Of a DNA stretch of 64,000 nucleotides, positions 19,387-29,505 are shown piece by piece. This stretch comes from an uncultured Bacillaceae bacterium (GTDB lineage Bacteria; Bacillota; Bacilli; Bacillales; Bacillaceae_B), in the NCBI GenBank assembly GCA_963762295.1, contig CAVXKK010000003.1:265398-329397 (forward strand), given 5' to 3'. Numbering within the stretch: position 1 is the first letter of the stretch; each line of letters begins with the position of its first letter. The notes below the pieces were generated by a model that made no database searches, was not told where the DNA came from, and saw nothing but the letters and a program-made list of their open reading frames with translations. Made by a program: the position numbers and the translations under genes.

Positions 19387-20666
19387 TTGGTTTTCCTCCA
19401 TTTTAGTAATGTGATCAGTGGAACCATGCTCATGATGATCCCCATGATCCAAAGCGGGACATTCTTCTGTTTTTCACTTGACGCTTCCATCGGCTTTGCT
19501 GCCGTCATCAACGGCTTCGAATCACGCAATATGGCATCCTCGGGAGAAGCAAAGACTTCCCGTATGAGGGACAATCCTGGATTCTGAAAGAATAATTGAT
19601 ACTCCGGTATTTCATTGACAAGGGTCAGGAAGTAAGGGTCCGCGCTATATGGAATCGCACTTATCCCGTTCCCTTCCAAGTCAAGGTGGAGGGAGTCGTC
19701 CCAGTAATTCTGATTCAGCTCATTTCTCGAGCTTTCGATGGCATGAGCATTATTGACATTCCCATAAAAATCATTTCCTTTTATCCGATTGTCCTCAGCC
19801 TTCTTGAATTGCACACTCACCATATTCGTTTGAAAACGATTGTTTTCAACGACTGCTTCCTGAGAATCCTCAATGAAGGCCCCGACACGATTGGATTCAA
19901 AGAGATTATCATGGATCAAGGTGTCCTTGGTCGTGTACAACAGCAATCCTTGGGAATGAACATTTTGGTTATTTTTCTTAAACTCATTGTCGAAGATCCG
20001 GGTGTGGTCGGATTCCATCACCATGGCCCCGGTGAAATTGTTTTGAGAGACATTTTTTTCGATGATCCCTGAGTCCGAGAACATCAGATGCACTCCGTAT
20101 CGTCCATCCTCCATCGAGTTGTCCATTACATGATTCCCATTGCTACGTTCCATGTATACTCCGTCACGCACTTCCTTGATGGTGACGGACGTGATGGTTG
20201 AATTCTTAGTCGCCCAAAGGTCGATTCCGTTTTCCTTCCCCTTGCCCGTTACCTTGCCGCCTTCAATCGTTATGTCACTCGCTTCATCAAGCTTGATCCC
20301 GATATGTGCAGCGCTGACCTCAAGATCCTTCAACATATGTCCCTTTCCGGTGACATAAATGGCAGGTGGTGAGCCTTTGCCTTCCGGGCATTGTTCAACG
20401 GCCACTTCCGACAGGGTCACCCCGTTGGAGGTAATGGAAATGTTCGATGATTCTCCGCAGGAATTCAACAACACTTTCCCTTCCCCTAAAAGGGTTAGCG
20501 GCTTATCCACCACAATGGGCTGATCATATGTTCCGGGAGGAATCTTCACCACCGATCCACTTTCTGCCGCATCAATCAGCGACTGAATGGATGGTTGTTC
20601 TGCAGCTGCATGATGGGCAGAAACCAAAAAGAATATCAACAAGACAGGGTAGATCACACGTTTCAT
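19383..20666 (-). CDS. nosD: NosD-family parallel beta-helix protein with C-terminal anchor
   Basis: Signal peptide, beta-helix repeats, 'RDGVYME', 'RYGVHLMFS', 'NYWDD...DLEGNGISAIPY'. Confidence 0.88.
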   Translation of the reverse strand: MKRVIYPVLLIFFLVSAHHAAAEQPSIQSLIDAAESGSVVKIPPGTYDQPIVVDKPLTLLGEGKVLLNSCGESSNISITSNGVTLSEVAVEQCPEGKGSPPAIYVTGKGHMLKDLEVSAAHIGIKLDEASDITIEGGKVTGKGKENGIDLWATKNSTITSVTIKEVRDGVYMERSNGNHVMDNSMEDGRYGVHLMFSDSGIIEKNVSQNNFTGAMVMESDHTRIFDNEFKKNNQNVHSQGLLLYTTKDTLIHDNLFESNRVGAFIEDSQEAVVENNRFQTNMVSVQFKKAEDNRIKGNDFYGNVNNAHAIESSRNELNQNYWDDSLHLDLEGNGISAIPYSADPYFLTLVNEIPEYQLFFQNPGLSLIREVFASPEDAILRDSKPLMTAAKPMEASSEKQKNVPLWIMGIIMSMVPLITLLKWRKTK

Positions 20667-20740
20667 CGTTCACCTCCAAGGGGATTTTGTCCATTGTCAG
20701 AATGGAGGAGCATTTCCCCTCACCCTATCTCCAAATCCTT

Positions 20741-21139
20741 TTACCCTTCCCCGATCACCACTTCCACCTTGGGCATGACATGCATATCCCTGGCTGTTAC
20801 ATGAGTCTGTACGGTATAAGTACCGTTCTTCGGAAATGAGGTCGTAATAGAATACGTCCCTTTTCCGTCATGGACGGCATCAACCTTCTCACTCTCATCC
20901 GGTGTCGCCAGATTGGTCATTTCAAAGACGACTTCTTCTGCATCATCCACATTCTCTTCGCCTTGAGTAACGACAACCTTTAGCGGATATTCCTGTCCTG
21001 CTTCCATTTCTTCAGGAAGCTGGATGTCTGCTTCTACCACCTCAGGAAGTCCTGATTCTTTTTTGACCGACTCACTTTGACACGCACCGAGGATCATCAA
21101 GCAGCTACAGGCCACTAGAAGTAAACTCTGTTTCACCAT
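20741..21139 (-). CDS. YtkA/FixH-family lipoprotein (CtaK-like copper chaperone)
   Basis: Lipobox LGAC; 'VTQGEENVDDAEEVVFE', 'QTHVTARDMHVMP'. Confidence 0.85.
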   Translation of the reverse strand: MVKQSLLLVACSCLMILGACQSESVKKESGLPEVVEADIQLPEEMEAGQEYPLKVVVTQGEENVDDAEEVVFEMTNLATPDESEKVDAVHDGKGTYSITTSFPKNGTYTVQTHVTARDMHVMPKVEVVIGEG

Positions 21140-21552
21140 ATCCCCTTCCTTTTCCATATCATTTGTCTAACATCTTGACCGTCACAAGATCAAACGAACG
21201 TTAACGCTTACACTTATCTTTTATACCTGTTAAGTGTGTTATTAAAATGAAGTTTTGTCATATTTTATCTAAAACATTCAAATAGACTTGAAGACCCTTT
21301 CATACCCCTTGCCCCTTTTTCAATATTCCTTACTCCACGTTCACAAGCCCTCTCACAAAATCTTACTATTGTAAGATGATCCGGAAAAACTGTTTTCACA
21401 ATTCGATTATGTAGTCACGCATCAAGTCGGGATCAGTTGAAAATCAGGCAAATACAGCACAAAATTTAGATTGACCAAATAAACCCAATTACTTACACTT
21501 ATAGAAACAAATGTATCAAAGTAGAGAGCCATATGCAGATAAGGGGGAAAAG

Positions 21553-22737
21553 ATGAAATACATACTCATGATAGCCAGTGCGCTCTTCCTGCTAGTCGGA
21601 TGCAGTGACAAAGAGGGAGTCGTTCAAGAAAAGAAGAAAGAATCCCGTAATGAGGCAGGCACTTCTTTGTCCACTAAAATCTCCCCTGTTTCAACGAACG
21701 AGGAACCAGCCCAAACGAACGAGCACCTCCTTTCCATCTCAAAGGGTCCCATCGGCCATCTCTCTCCCTCATCCTATGAACTCACCCATTCATCATGCCC
21801 GAAAGGATTGGTCGCACCTTCCTATATCACGGACCAGTCCATCATCTACATCTATGACCCCATCAGTGAACAGGAGAATGATCAGATCATCGGATTTTCC
21901 CAATCAAGCGAAACATGCGAAGTCCTGTACGAAGCAACGGAAGGAATTCATTCCTTAACGGGGATCGATCAAGTGCTGTATTGGACCGAGTATGATTCAA
22001 CACGCACGTCCGATGTCACTTGGTCGATCCTTGAGTTGAACGTGGATACCGGGAATGTCCAAACGATTCACAAAGGAGAAAGTACAGATGAAAACCTGCC
22101 CCCGATGCTGACGACGTATACTCAATCCCTGAACTGGATCGAGTATGAAGCGGATGGTGACGGGGTGACCTCCAACCTGATCAGCTATGATTCCGAAAGC
22201 CGGGACTTACGAACGCTGTTGACCGCTGAATTAAATGAAAACGAACAGCCAAACGGGGAGTACATCCTGGAGCAGCAAATGACAGGGAATTGCCTGCTTC
22301 TCCATAAAGCCATCTCCACGGACGGGGACAGAACGCTTACGCTGGAACGGGTCGCTGACAGCGAAAAGCAAACCCTCCTCACAGATGAAGGGATCCTCGA
22401 TTTTGATGGGATGGAGGATCGGTTTGCCTATACATCTGACGAGGGATTGACCATCGTAGACAGGGAAAAAGGGGAAACCTACAGATACAAGACAACCGCA
22501 CGAACGCTGGTGGATGCTGCTACTTTTGTCAATCCGCACACGGTTGCTTTCAGAGATCGCGGAGAAAACGTCTATCTCGCTGACCTGGATACGAAAACAG
22601 CCCTTTCACTGCGGCAGGATGGATTCGGCCACACGGCATCAAAGCCCGTCTACTACAACGATACCCTCTGCTTTGCCGTGACGAAGGGAGAAAGCCCGAA
22701 CGAATCGATCACGTTCTATACGTATAAGCTGAAGTAA
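21553..22737 (+). CDS. Hypothetical lipoprotein (possible beta-propeller)
   Basis: Lipobox LVGC; long ORF with AAGGGGG RBS. Confidence 0.75.
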   Translation: MKYILMIASALFLLVGCSDKEGVVQEKKKESRNEAGTSLSTKISPVSTNEEPAQTNEHLLSISKGPIGHLSPSSYELTHSSCPKGLVAPSYITDQSIIYIYDPISEQENDQIIGFSQSSETCEVLYEATEGIHSLTGIDQVLYWTEYDSTRTSDVTWSILELNVDTGNVQTIHKGESTDENLPPMLTTYTQSLNWIEYEADGDGVTSNLISYDSESRDLRTLLTAELNENEQPNGEYILEQQMTGNCLLLHKAISTDGDRTLTLERVADSEKQTLLTDEGILDFDGMEDRFAYTSDEGLTIVDREKGETYRYKTTARTLVDAATFVNPHTVAFRDRGENVYLADLDTKTALSLRQDGFGHTASKPVYYNDTLCFAVTKGESPNESITFYTYKLK

Positions 22738-22774
22738 AATGTTGAAACAAGGATTCCTGAAGGAGGAATGTCAC

Positions 22775-23110
22775 ATGTCGAATACCCTTCCAGCCTGGTT
22801 TTGGATCGTCTATTACCTATTTTTGGCCGTCACCATCGGGGTTGCGATCTACAACCTATCCACATCGAAAAACAAGACGGATGTCCCTCTTGGTCATCTG
22901 GGTGGCCATCACGGTTCCTATTGTTGCTCTCTTGAATAGCATCGGTTGCATTTGACGGAACTGAATGAGTTTCAACACTTGGTGAACGAACTGCAGCAAG
23001 GGTCGCTCTGGGCCGTGTATGCCTGCAGTGGCTACTTGTTCCTTGTTGTCTGGTGGATCATGTTGTTCCTGAAGATCATTGCGCGTCAAAAAAAGATCGT
23101 CATCCGCTAA
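22775..23110 (+). pseudogene. Small membrane protein with two apparent frameshifts
   Basis: MSNTLPAWFWIVYY... then 'NEFQHLVNELQQGSLWA' in another frame. Confidence 0.55.
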
Positions 23111-23327
23111 ACCACGTCATGAACGGCCCCATCGTCGGGGTCTTTTTTGTGCTGACCTAGCCGATAATCCCCTCCAAACTGGATATACTACCAGTTAAAG
23201 TAAATCCCTCACCGAGAACGCTCATTTCTTATGAGATAAGCCCACCGAACCCTCCAAATCACCTTTCCCCCGCCCCATCCTCTGTGCTATAGTATTCTGG
23301 TATTCAAACGGAACGGAGTGATCACAT

Positions 23328-24161
23328 ATGAATTCGACAGCTAAAGAAATCACATTGATTATTATCGGATCCCTGTTCTTCGCGCTTGGAGTGAATCTGT
23401 TCGCGATTCCGAATGAGCTTGGCGAGGGAGGCGTGACGGGGATCTCCATGACCCTCTACTATGTATTCGGCTGGTCCCCGGGCTACACGAACTTCGTGAT
23501 GAACGGGATTTTGCTGGCCATCGGCTATAAAGTGCTCAACAAGCGGGTGACATGGTACACGCTGCTGGCGATCTTCTTCACATCGGTATTCCTGCACTTC
23601 ACGGAAGGAATGGGACGCTCCCTAGATATCATGCTCGGCACGGTCTTCGCCGGTGTGTTCATCGGGATCGGCCTTGGCCTTGTCCTCCGCTCCGGCGGGA
23701 CAACAGGCGGATCGACAATCGTCGCCCGCATGCTCAACCAGAAGTTCGGCTGGGCCGTGAGCACGAGCATGTTCGTGTTCGATATCCTCGTCGTCATCGG
23801 CTCTGGATTCGTCATCGGGATCGAGAACACGATGTACACAGGGATCTCCATCTATATCAGTACGAAAATCCTGGACTACCTGATCGACGGTTTCGACACG
23901 CGGAAAGCCGTCACCATCATTTCGCCCCTCACCGATGCCATCGCTGAGAAAGTGAGCGCCGAGATGGACCGCGGAGCGACGATCATCAACGCCCGCGGCC
24001 ACTACTCCAAGGAATCCAAGGATATCCTATATGTGGTCATCAACAAGCAGGAGCTCTTCCTCCTGAAAAAGACCATCCAGCAGATCGACGATAAAGCATT
24101 CGTTGTCGTCCACGATGTGCGCGATGTGTTCGGCGAAGGATTCACCTTCCCGAAAACGTAA
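23328..24161 (+). CDS. YitT-family membrane protein
   Basis: 'LGEGGVTGI', 'GGTTGGSTIVA', C-terminal 'IDDKAFVVVHDVRDVFGEGF'. Confidence 0.92.
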   Translation: MNSTAKEITLIIIGSLFFALGVNLFAIPNELGEGGVTGISMTLYYVFGWSPGYTNFVMNGILLAIGYKVLNKRVTWYTLLAIFFTSVFLHFTEGMGRSLDIMLGTVFAGVFIGIGLGLVLRSGGTTGGSTIVARMLNQKFGWAVSTSMFVFDILVVIGSGFVIGIENTMYTGISIYISTKILDYLIDGFDTRKAVTIISPLTDAIAEKVSAEMDRGATIINARGHYSKESKDILYVVINKQELFLLKKTIQQIDDKAFVVVHDVRDVFGEGFTFPKT

Positions 24162-24178
24162 TGAAAAACGCCTGGAAT

Positions 24179-24763
24179 TCAGCATCCAGGCGTTTTTTCT
24201 ATCACTTCTTCGACTTTTATAGCCTTCCGTCGACGACAGACATACAGGGTCAACACGACAATCAACACAACCGCCGCTACAAGAGGCAGGTGATCAAGCA
24301 ACAGCCCCAGCACAAACTCCACTCCGACCTTCTCATCAAATGTATACACCAATCCGGTCCATACCCCCGTGTAGAGCGATGAGGCGAGCAATGTCGCCGT
24401 CACATATTTCCTGAGGGGCATCCGCATGATCCCCGCCACGTAGTGGATCGGATGACGGATCCCCGGCACGAAAAACGACACCATCACCGCCCAGAATCCG
24501 TAGCGCGAAAGCATGCTCTCGGCCTTATTCATCCATTTGGTCGACATCCATCTATTGAATAATGGAATGCTCCGGAAGAACATTCCTACCACATAAAACC
24601 ACAGGAAGGCCACGAAGACCATCCCCCATGACGCCAGCCAGACACCATACGGATTCACCCCGTCCGCCGCCCATATCCCAAGACTCGAAAGAAGGATCAC
24701 CTCATCCGAGATCGGCGTAAACATGATGCCAGCCGCAAGACTAAGCAATTCGATGATCTCCAT
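24179..24763 (-). CDS. DedA-family membrane protein
   Basis: 'PISDEVILL', 'SFFVPGIRH...AGIMRM'. Confidence 0.85.
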   Translation of the reverse strand: MEIIELLSLAAGIMFTPISDEVILLSSLGIWAADGVNPYGVWLASWGMVFVAFLWFYVVGMFFRSIPLFNRWMSTKWMNKAESMLSRYGFWAVMVSFFVPGIRHPIHYVAGIMRMPLRKYVTATLLASSLYTGVWTGLVYTFDEKVGVEFVLGLLLDHLPLVAAVVLIVVLTLYVCRRRKAIKVEEVIEKTPGC

Positions 24764-24835
24764 GGTGCACTTCCCCTTCCGTTCATTGATACCTTCATTA
24801 TATTCACGGAACCTTAATGTTTCAGGGGGGAAGTT

Positions 24836-24851
24836 CTTAAGAAATCTTAAG
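24836..24851 (-). promoter_or_regulatory. Direct repeat CTTAAG-N4-CTTAAG upstream of dedA, possible OmpR-family regulator site
   Basis: 10-bp-spaced repeat upstream of a TATAAT (24797-24802) on the minus strand. Confidence 0.35.
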
Positions 24852-24928
24852 GAATTCGCTCAATCCCACCCTTTACCAATACCGACACATGGTATAATAT
24901 GGGTAACACGAAAGAAAGGGTGAATCAC

Positions 24929-25180
24929 ATGAAACTTTTCCTTCAATCCATTGCCTTCTCCATCGCCATCCACATCCTTTATTTCTTAGGAACCCTGGTC
25001 ACAGGATTCATCAATACGAGGAACTACACGCCCGACTTTGAGACTGCCGGATCCCTAACTTCAGAGGTTGCATTCGGTACCACCGCGTCACCCCTAATAC
25101 TTCCCGTCACTTTCATCTGTGTCGCTGTGATCGGCGGAGCCCTCATTACCTTGTATAAAAGCAAATCGGCCGCCTACTGA
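24929..25180 (+). CDS. Small two-TM membrane protein
   Basis: AAGGGTG RBS; hydrophobic termini. Confidence 0.7.
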   Translation: MKLFLQSIAFSIAIHILYFLGTLVTGFINTRNYTPDFETAGSLTSEVAFGTTASPLILPVTFICVAVIGGALITLYKSKSAAY

Positions 25181-25294
25181 GAAATGTCACATCCGTGTCC
25201 ATTTGGGTGTTCCAAAGGGAAACGTTCTGACCATGAGCCTTCTGAACACTCATCACTCTTATCAAAAAGAACCTCCCCATCGGGAAGTTCTTTT

Positions 25295-26092
25295 TTAATA
25301 TGGCAGAATGAAGCCACTGAAGACCATCAGGAGATTGATGATGAAATGCCACAGGATCGGTGGGAACAGACTTTCACTCCTCCACTTAACAATAGCAAAG
25401 AAAAAACCGCCAATGGAAAAACCGAGAGCAGCCCAAAAGGGAATGCCTAGGGCAATATGATGGAGTCCGAATGCCAGGCTTGTCACAACGAGTGCATACA
25501 TCCATGAGACCTGTCCGGCCAGGATCGGAAACAAGGTCCCCCTCCACAACATTTCCTCCAGCGTCGCATTCACGATTGAAAACGCGAGGGCGAAAAGCAC
25601 AATCTCTTTAATCCCATCCCATTCACCAAACAAGAACACATTGAACGAGAAACCTATGACGCTTCCCATGACGGAGAAGAGGAAGAAGAGCCTGAGCGGA
25701 ATCGAATGAAATCCGTGCGTGATAAAGGGGAAAAAGATTCGATTGTCCCACCTCGGTTTTTTAAGCTGCATGGAAAATGGGGTTTTCGTCAACTTGGCGG
25801 TCAGCAACAGCGCCGCAATCAGGAAAACGAGCGTCCCCCTCTCGATCAGGATGGCCGCCGCCATATCCTCTACGTGAAGGCGCAAAAACGTCCTGAATGA
25901 GACATAACCATAAAAACCGGCTAAAAAGACACCAAAAAAAAGGAGCGGCAAGCCAGGCGTTTTGGGTATCAACCTGATACCTGCCAGTGTGGCGAAAACT
26001 AGCATCACCCATGCCGGATGAGCTTGGTAGGCGATGACCACCATACCGAGAAGGAATACAATTCCTCCTCCCATGAGACCAGGATATTTCAT
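25295..26092 (-). CDS. CPBP (CAAX/Abi) intramembrane metalloprotease
   Basis: 'LEEMLWRG', 'FGLHH', 'WHFIIN' motifs. Confidence 0.88.
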   Translation of the reverse strand: MKYPGLMGGGIVFLLGMVVIAYQAHPAWVMLVFATLAGIRLIPKTPGLPLLFFGVFLAGFYGYVSFRTFLRLHVEDMAAAILIERGTLVFLIAALLLTAKLTKTPFSMQLKKPRWDNRIFFPFITHGFHSIPLRLFFLFSVMGSVIGFSFNVFLFGEWDGIKEIVLFALAFSIVNATLEEMLWRGTLFPILAGQVSWMYALVVTSLAFGLHHIALGIPFWAALGFSIGGFFFAIVKWRSESLFPPILWHFIINLLMVFSGFILPY

Positions 26093-26102
26093 ATCGGATA
26101 GG

Positions 26103-26525
26103 TCACCTCGCCCGCTTCGCCATCGGATGATCCTCATTCAGCTGCAGCAGATCCCATAGATTCCCGTACAGATCCTTGAACACCGCAACCTTGCCGTATT
26201 CCTGCTCCTTCGGCTCCCTCACGAATTCGATTCCGTTTGCCACCATATCGTCGTAATCACGGTCGAAATTATCCGTGTTCAAGAATAGGAACACCCGTCC
26301 ACCCGTCTGATTTCCGACGAAACGCTCCTGCTCTTCCTTTGATGCTTTGGCTAATAGGATCGTCGTCCCGACGGATCCAGGCGGCGCAACCACCACCCAC
26401 CTCTTGTCCTGTTCCGGCTGGTATGTATCCTCCACTAAGGTGAAATGGAGTTTATTTGTGTAAAAGTCGATTGCTTCATCATAGTCGTTGACAACGAGGG
26501 CGATATGGACGATGGATTGGTTCAT
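26103..26525 (-). CDS. VOC/glyoxalase family protein
   Basis: 'HIALVVNDYDEAIDFY', 'VAVFKDLYGNLWDLLQ'. Confidence 0.92.
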   Translation of the reverse strand: MNQSIVHIALVVNDYDEAIDFYTNKLHFTLVEDTYQPEQDKRWVVVAPPGSVGTTILLAKASKEEQERFVGNQTGGRVFLFLNTDNFDRDYDDMVANGIEFVREPKEQEYGKVAVFKDLYGNLWDLLQLNEDHPMAKRAR

Positions 26526-26633
26526 GGGCGTGGCCTCCAGTATGTATGGTTTTATCTAACTATACCATTTTTTGTATAACCATAGATGCAAAAAAAGACG
26601 CCAATTTCTATCGATATTGGCGTCTCTTTTCCT

Positions 26634-27305
26634 TTAGTTCACCCATTCCACCACGTCTTCAATGGCCTGTCTGACTTTCCCGCGATGAGGTTCTTCTGCA
26701 CGATAGCCGAATGCGGCCATGACGGAAATCCCGAAGTGCTCGCTGTCGAGGATGCCTGCTTGTTCCAGGATCTCGGTGGCTTTTTCATAGTTAAAGCCTT
26801 CGATCGGGCATGAATCGATACCGATCATGGCGGCTGACGTCATCATATTGCCGAGGGCGATGTACGTCTGCTTGCTGGCCCAGTCGAATAATGCCCGTTC
26901 GCTTTCGTAGATGTTGATGTCTTCGTCTTGGAATCTTCTGTACGCTGCTGCCATTTCGTCCATCATGTGATCGGGTATTTCTTTGACGTTTCTCAATAGG
27001 TGCTGCGCATAGTCTGATTCTGGAGTCGCATTCTTACGCGCAAGGATGATGACCATATGACTTGCAGTCGGCAGCTGCCCCTGTGCTCCAAAGCTCACTT
27101 CACGCAGCTGTTCGCGGATCTCGGGATTTTGAAGGATCACGAATTTCCAAGGCTCGTAGCCGACAGAGCTCGGTGACAACCGACCTGTCTCAAGGATGTA
27201 TGAAAAATCGGCATCGGAGATTTTTTTCTCCGGATCGAATGCTTTTGTGGCATGACGGAATGAAAATGCGTCGAGTACGGCTTGTTTTGTGTTTTCGTTG
27301 CTCAT
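26634..27305 (-). CDS. NAD(P)H nitroreductase (YfkO-like)
   Basis: 'FRHATKAFD', '[11 protein letters not shown]', '[11 protein letters not shown]'. Confidence 0.92.
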   Translation of the reverse strand: MSNENTKQAVLDAFSFRHATKAFDPEKKISDADFSYILETGRLSPSSVGYEPWKFVILQNPEIREQLREVSFGAQGQLPTASHMVIILARKNATPESDYAQHLLRNVKEIPDHMMDEMAAAYRRFQDEDINIYESERALFDWASKQTYIALGNMMTSAAMIGIDSCPIEGFNYEKATEILEQAGILDSEHFGISVMAAFGYRAEEPHRGKVRQAIEDVVEWVN

Positions 27306-27394
27306 ATTGATTCCACCTTTTCTTGAATGTTGTTGACTCTTTTTATTGTAATGAACGCAGACAGTTTAGTAAAATAGATATATCAGAACGAAAC

Positions 27395-27411
27395 GTTCAG
27401 TAATACTGAAC
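27395..27411. promoter_or_regulatory. LysR operator-like palindrome GTTCAGTA-a-TACTGAAC
   Basis: Perfect 8-1-8 inverted repeat containing T-N11-A, between divergent nitroreductase and LysR. Confidence 0.6.
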
Positions 27412-27426
27412 TTAAGGAGAATCACT

Positions 27427-28296
27427 ATGGAACTGCGTCATCTGCTCACATTCAAGACCATCGTCGAAAAAGGCGGATTCAAAAAAGCGGCAGACGAGCT
27501 GGGCTACGCCCAGTCCTCCGTCACCAATCACATCAAGGATTTGGAAGATGAGCTTCACCAGCCCCTATTCGATCGACTCGGGAAGAAAGTGGTCCTCACC
27601 ACCTTCGGAAAAGAGTTCTTCCCCTACGCCACCAAAATCATCGACCTGTACACAGAAGTAAAGGAAAAGGCCACCCATCATGATGAGCCGAGCGGCAACC
27701 TCAGAATCGGGGCATTCGATCACCTCACGAGCTATCGTCTGCCACAGATCCTCGTCGAATACAAAAGAAAATACCCGAACGTGAACCTGTCGATCTCGTC
27801 CATCGACTTTCACAATCTCCACTCTGAGCTTCAGAACGGCACCATCGACCTTGCCCTGATCCTCGAGACGAAGGATTGGACCCCGAAGGAGCTGACCGTG
27901 GAATCGATCAAGCACGAGCCGATGGTACTGATATCACCGCCAACCGAACAAGATACCGATCCGACACGGACCGTCCTATATACAGAAAAGACATGTGCCT
28001 ACAAGAGCCTGTTCGACCAGTACATCGATCAGCAAAGCCTGGAGATCCAGGGAAGCGTGGAATTCGGAAACATCGAAGCCATCAAGCGCTGTGTCATGAG
28101 CGGCCTCGGAAGCTCCATGCTCCCATATTTCACCGTGAAGAATGAAATCGATCAACACGCGTTCAAAGGCGATATCATTGAAGATCCAGCGTATCAAATC
28201 ACCACATTCGTCGCGTATCACAAAGACAAATGGATCTCCCCGGCCATCGCTTCCATGATCTCTCTCATTGAGGATCATGCCAAGCATTGGGATTGA
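27427..28296 (+). CDS. LysR-family regulator
   Basis: 'MELRHLLTF...AADELGYAQSSVTNHIKDLE'. Confidence 0.95.
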   Translation: MELRHLLTFKTIVEKGGFKKAADELGYAQSSVTNHIKDLEDELHQPLFDRLGKKVVLTTFGKEFFPYATKIIDLYTEVKEKATHHDEPSGNLRIGAFDHLTSYRLPQILVEYKRKYPNVNLSISSIDFHNLHSELQNGTIDLALILETKDWTPKELTVESIKHEPMVLISPPTEQDTDPTRTVLYTEKTCAYKSLFDQYIDQQSLEIQGSVEFGNIEAIKRCVMSGLGSSMLPYFTVKNEIDQHAFKGDIIEDPAYQITTFVAYHKDKWISPAIASMISLIEDHAKHWD

Positions 28297-28307
28297 TTGA
28301 TTCATAG

Positions 28308-28346
28308 AAAAAACGTGCATCATCCTTTAGGAGATGCACGTTTTTT
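28308..28346. terminator. Bidirectional terminator
   Basis: AAAAAACGTGCATC...GATGCACGTTTTTT. Confidence 0.75.
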
Positions 28347-28361
28347 ATGATGCTGTTCACC

Positions 28362-28697
28362 TTACCGTCTAGCACCCCGGTTCCGCCTGCCTCGTTTCAC
28401 CAAACCGGTCAACAGGTACCCTATCAGCAAGAGAAGGATATACATATAGGTGTACATCGAAGGAACGAACATTTCGGCAACCACTTCTGAAAAGGAGATC
28501 CCGCGCAGCACCGATATATGTTCCGTTGCTCCCGATAGCAGGATGAACATGGCCAGATTGGAAAGAAAAAATCCAATGACCATCAGTGAGACGGCCCGCC
28601 CTACGGATACCTTCATCACCAGCCCGGCAATGACTCCCAGCAGGACAAACAGCAGTGGATACCATACCAGCAATGCTGAAAATGTAGTCATTGGCAT
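28362..28697 (-). CDS. Hypothetical membrane protein
   Basis: GGAAGGGGG RBS, three hydrophobic segments. Confidence 0.7.
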   Translation of the reverse strand: MPMTTFSALLVWYPLLFVLLGVIAGLVMKVSVGRAVSLMVIGFFLSNLAMFILLSGATEHISVLRGISFSEVVAEMFVPSMYTYMYILLLLIGYLLTGLVKRGRRNRGARR

Positions 28698-28721
28698 TCC
28701 CCCTTCCTTTCTCCAGCTCCT

Positions 28722-29210
28722 CTATTTTCCCGATAGTACTTCCCACTCATCGTACACAACGGCTTCGCCAAGCCCACCGGTCCGCAGCCACTCAAATGCT
28801 TTCAGCACGAGCGGAGACGCATTCTCCATGGACACCTCGTCTTCCGACACCCATACAGCCCCCAGGGAATCCTGTCCCTCGAATTGCTTCGGTACCACAA
28901 TTCCACCGCCGACTTTCCTGACAGAATAGTAGACGGTGATATGATGGACATCCGTGAAGCCCCGCCACTTCCAAGGAAGCTTGAAATCGGTCACGCCAAT
29001 ATTCTCCTCAATCTCAATTTCCACGCCCGTTTCCTCAAGGAACTCCCTCTTCATTGCCTCATTCAGCGACTCCCCGTCTTCGAGACTCCCACCCGGAAGA
29101 TCATAACGGTGAATATAGGGTCCCCCGTTCTTCAGGATGACGAGGAGTTTGCCGTCCTTGGCATAAATTCCGTACACTCCGAATGCTCTATGAAACTTCT
29201 GAACTGTCAT
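28722..29210 (-). CDS. NUDIX hydrolase
   Basis: Nudix box 'LPGGSLEDGESLNEAMKREFLEETG'. Confidence 0.93.
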   Translation of the reverse strand: MTVQKFHRAFGVYGIYAKDGKLLVILKNGGPYIHRYDLPGGSLEDGESLNEAMKREFLEETGVEIEIEENIGVTDFKLPWKWRGFTDVHHITVYYSVRKVGGGIVVPKQFEGQDSLGAVWVSEDEVSMENASPLVLKAFEWLRTGGLGEAVVYDEWEVLSGK

Positions 29211-29231
29211 ACTGTCTTCTCTCCGTTTCGT

Positions 29232-29450
29232 CTATTCTGTCTGATTGCCACTTACGTCCACGTCCATCCCATCCACTACTATGGAAAACGAAACGGAGTC
29301 CCTTAACCACGATTCAAAACAATTTTGAATGGCATTTGCGATTTCTTTCCTGGTTCCACTTTCATCAATGTTCAGTTCCTCAAGGGTGAACGTTTGCTCC
29401 ATACGTGCTTCTCTTCCTGCCGTGCTGGAAGTGAAGGTAACGGTTGTCAT
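29232..29450 (-). CDS. Small hypothetical protein
   Basis: GAGGGAGG RBS; 72 aa. Confidence 0.6.
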   Translation of the reverse strand: MTTVTFTSSTAGREARMEQTFTLEELNIDESGTRKEIANAIQNCFESWLRDSVSFSIVVDGMDVDVSGNQTE

Positions 29451-29505
29451 GTTGGCTGCCTCCCTCAGTGTTGACTGAATTTAGTCAGCGTCTTTGATCC
29501 GGTCT

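Noticed and set aside
19387-19452. His-rich N-terminal extension MDHGDHHEHG on NosL
   Set aside because: It is an alternate-frame reading of the hydrophobic NosD anchor; the lipoprotein signal peptide begins at 19386, overlapping the nosD stop.
25295-26092. CPBP/'Abi' protease as a phage abortive-infection system
   Set aside because: The Abi label for CAAX proteases is historical and no defence context is evident.
27386-27398. LexA/SOS box GAAC...GTTC
   Set aside because: Spacer is 5 nt rather than 4, and the site is better explained as part of the LysR binding region.
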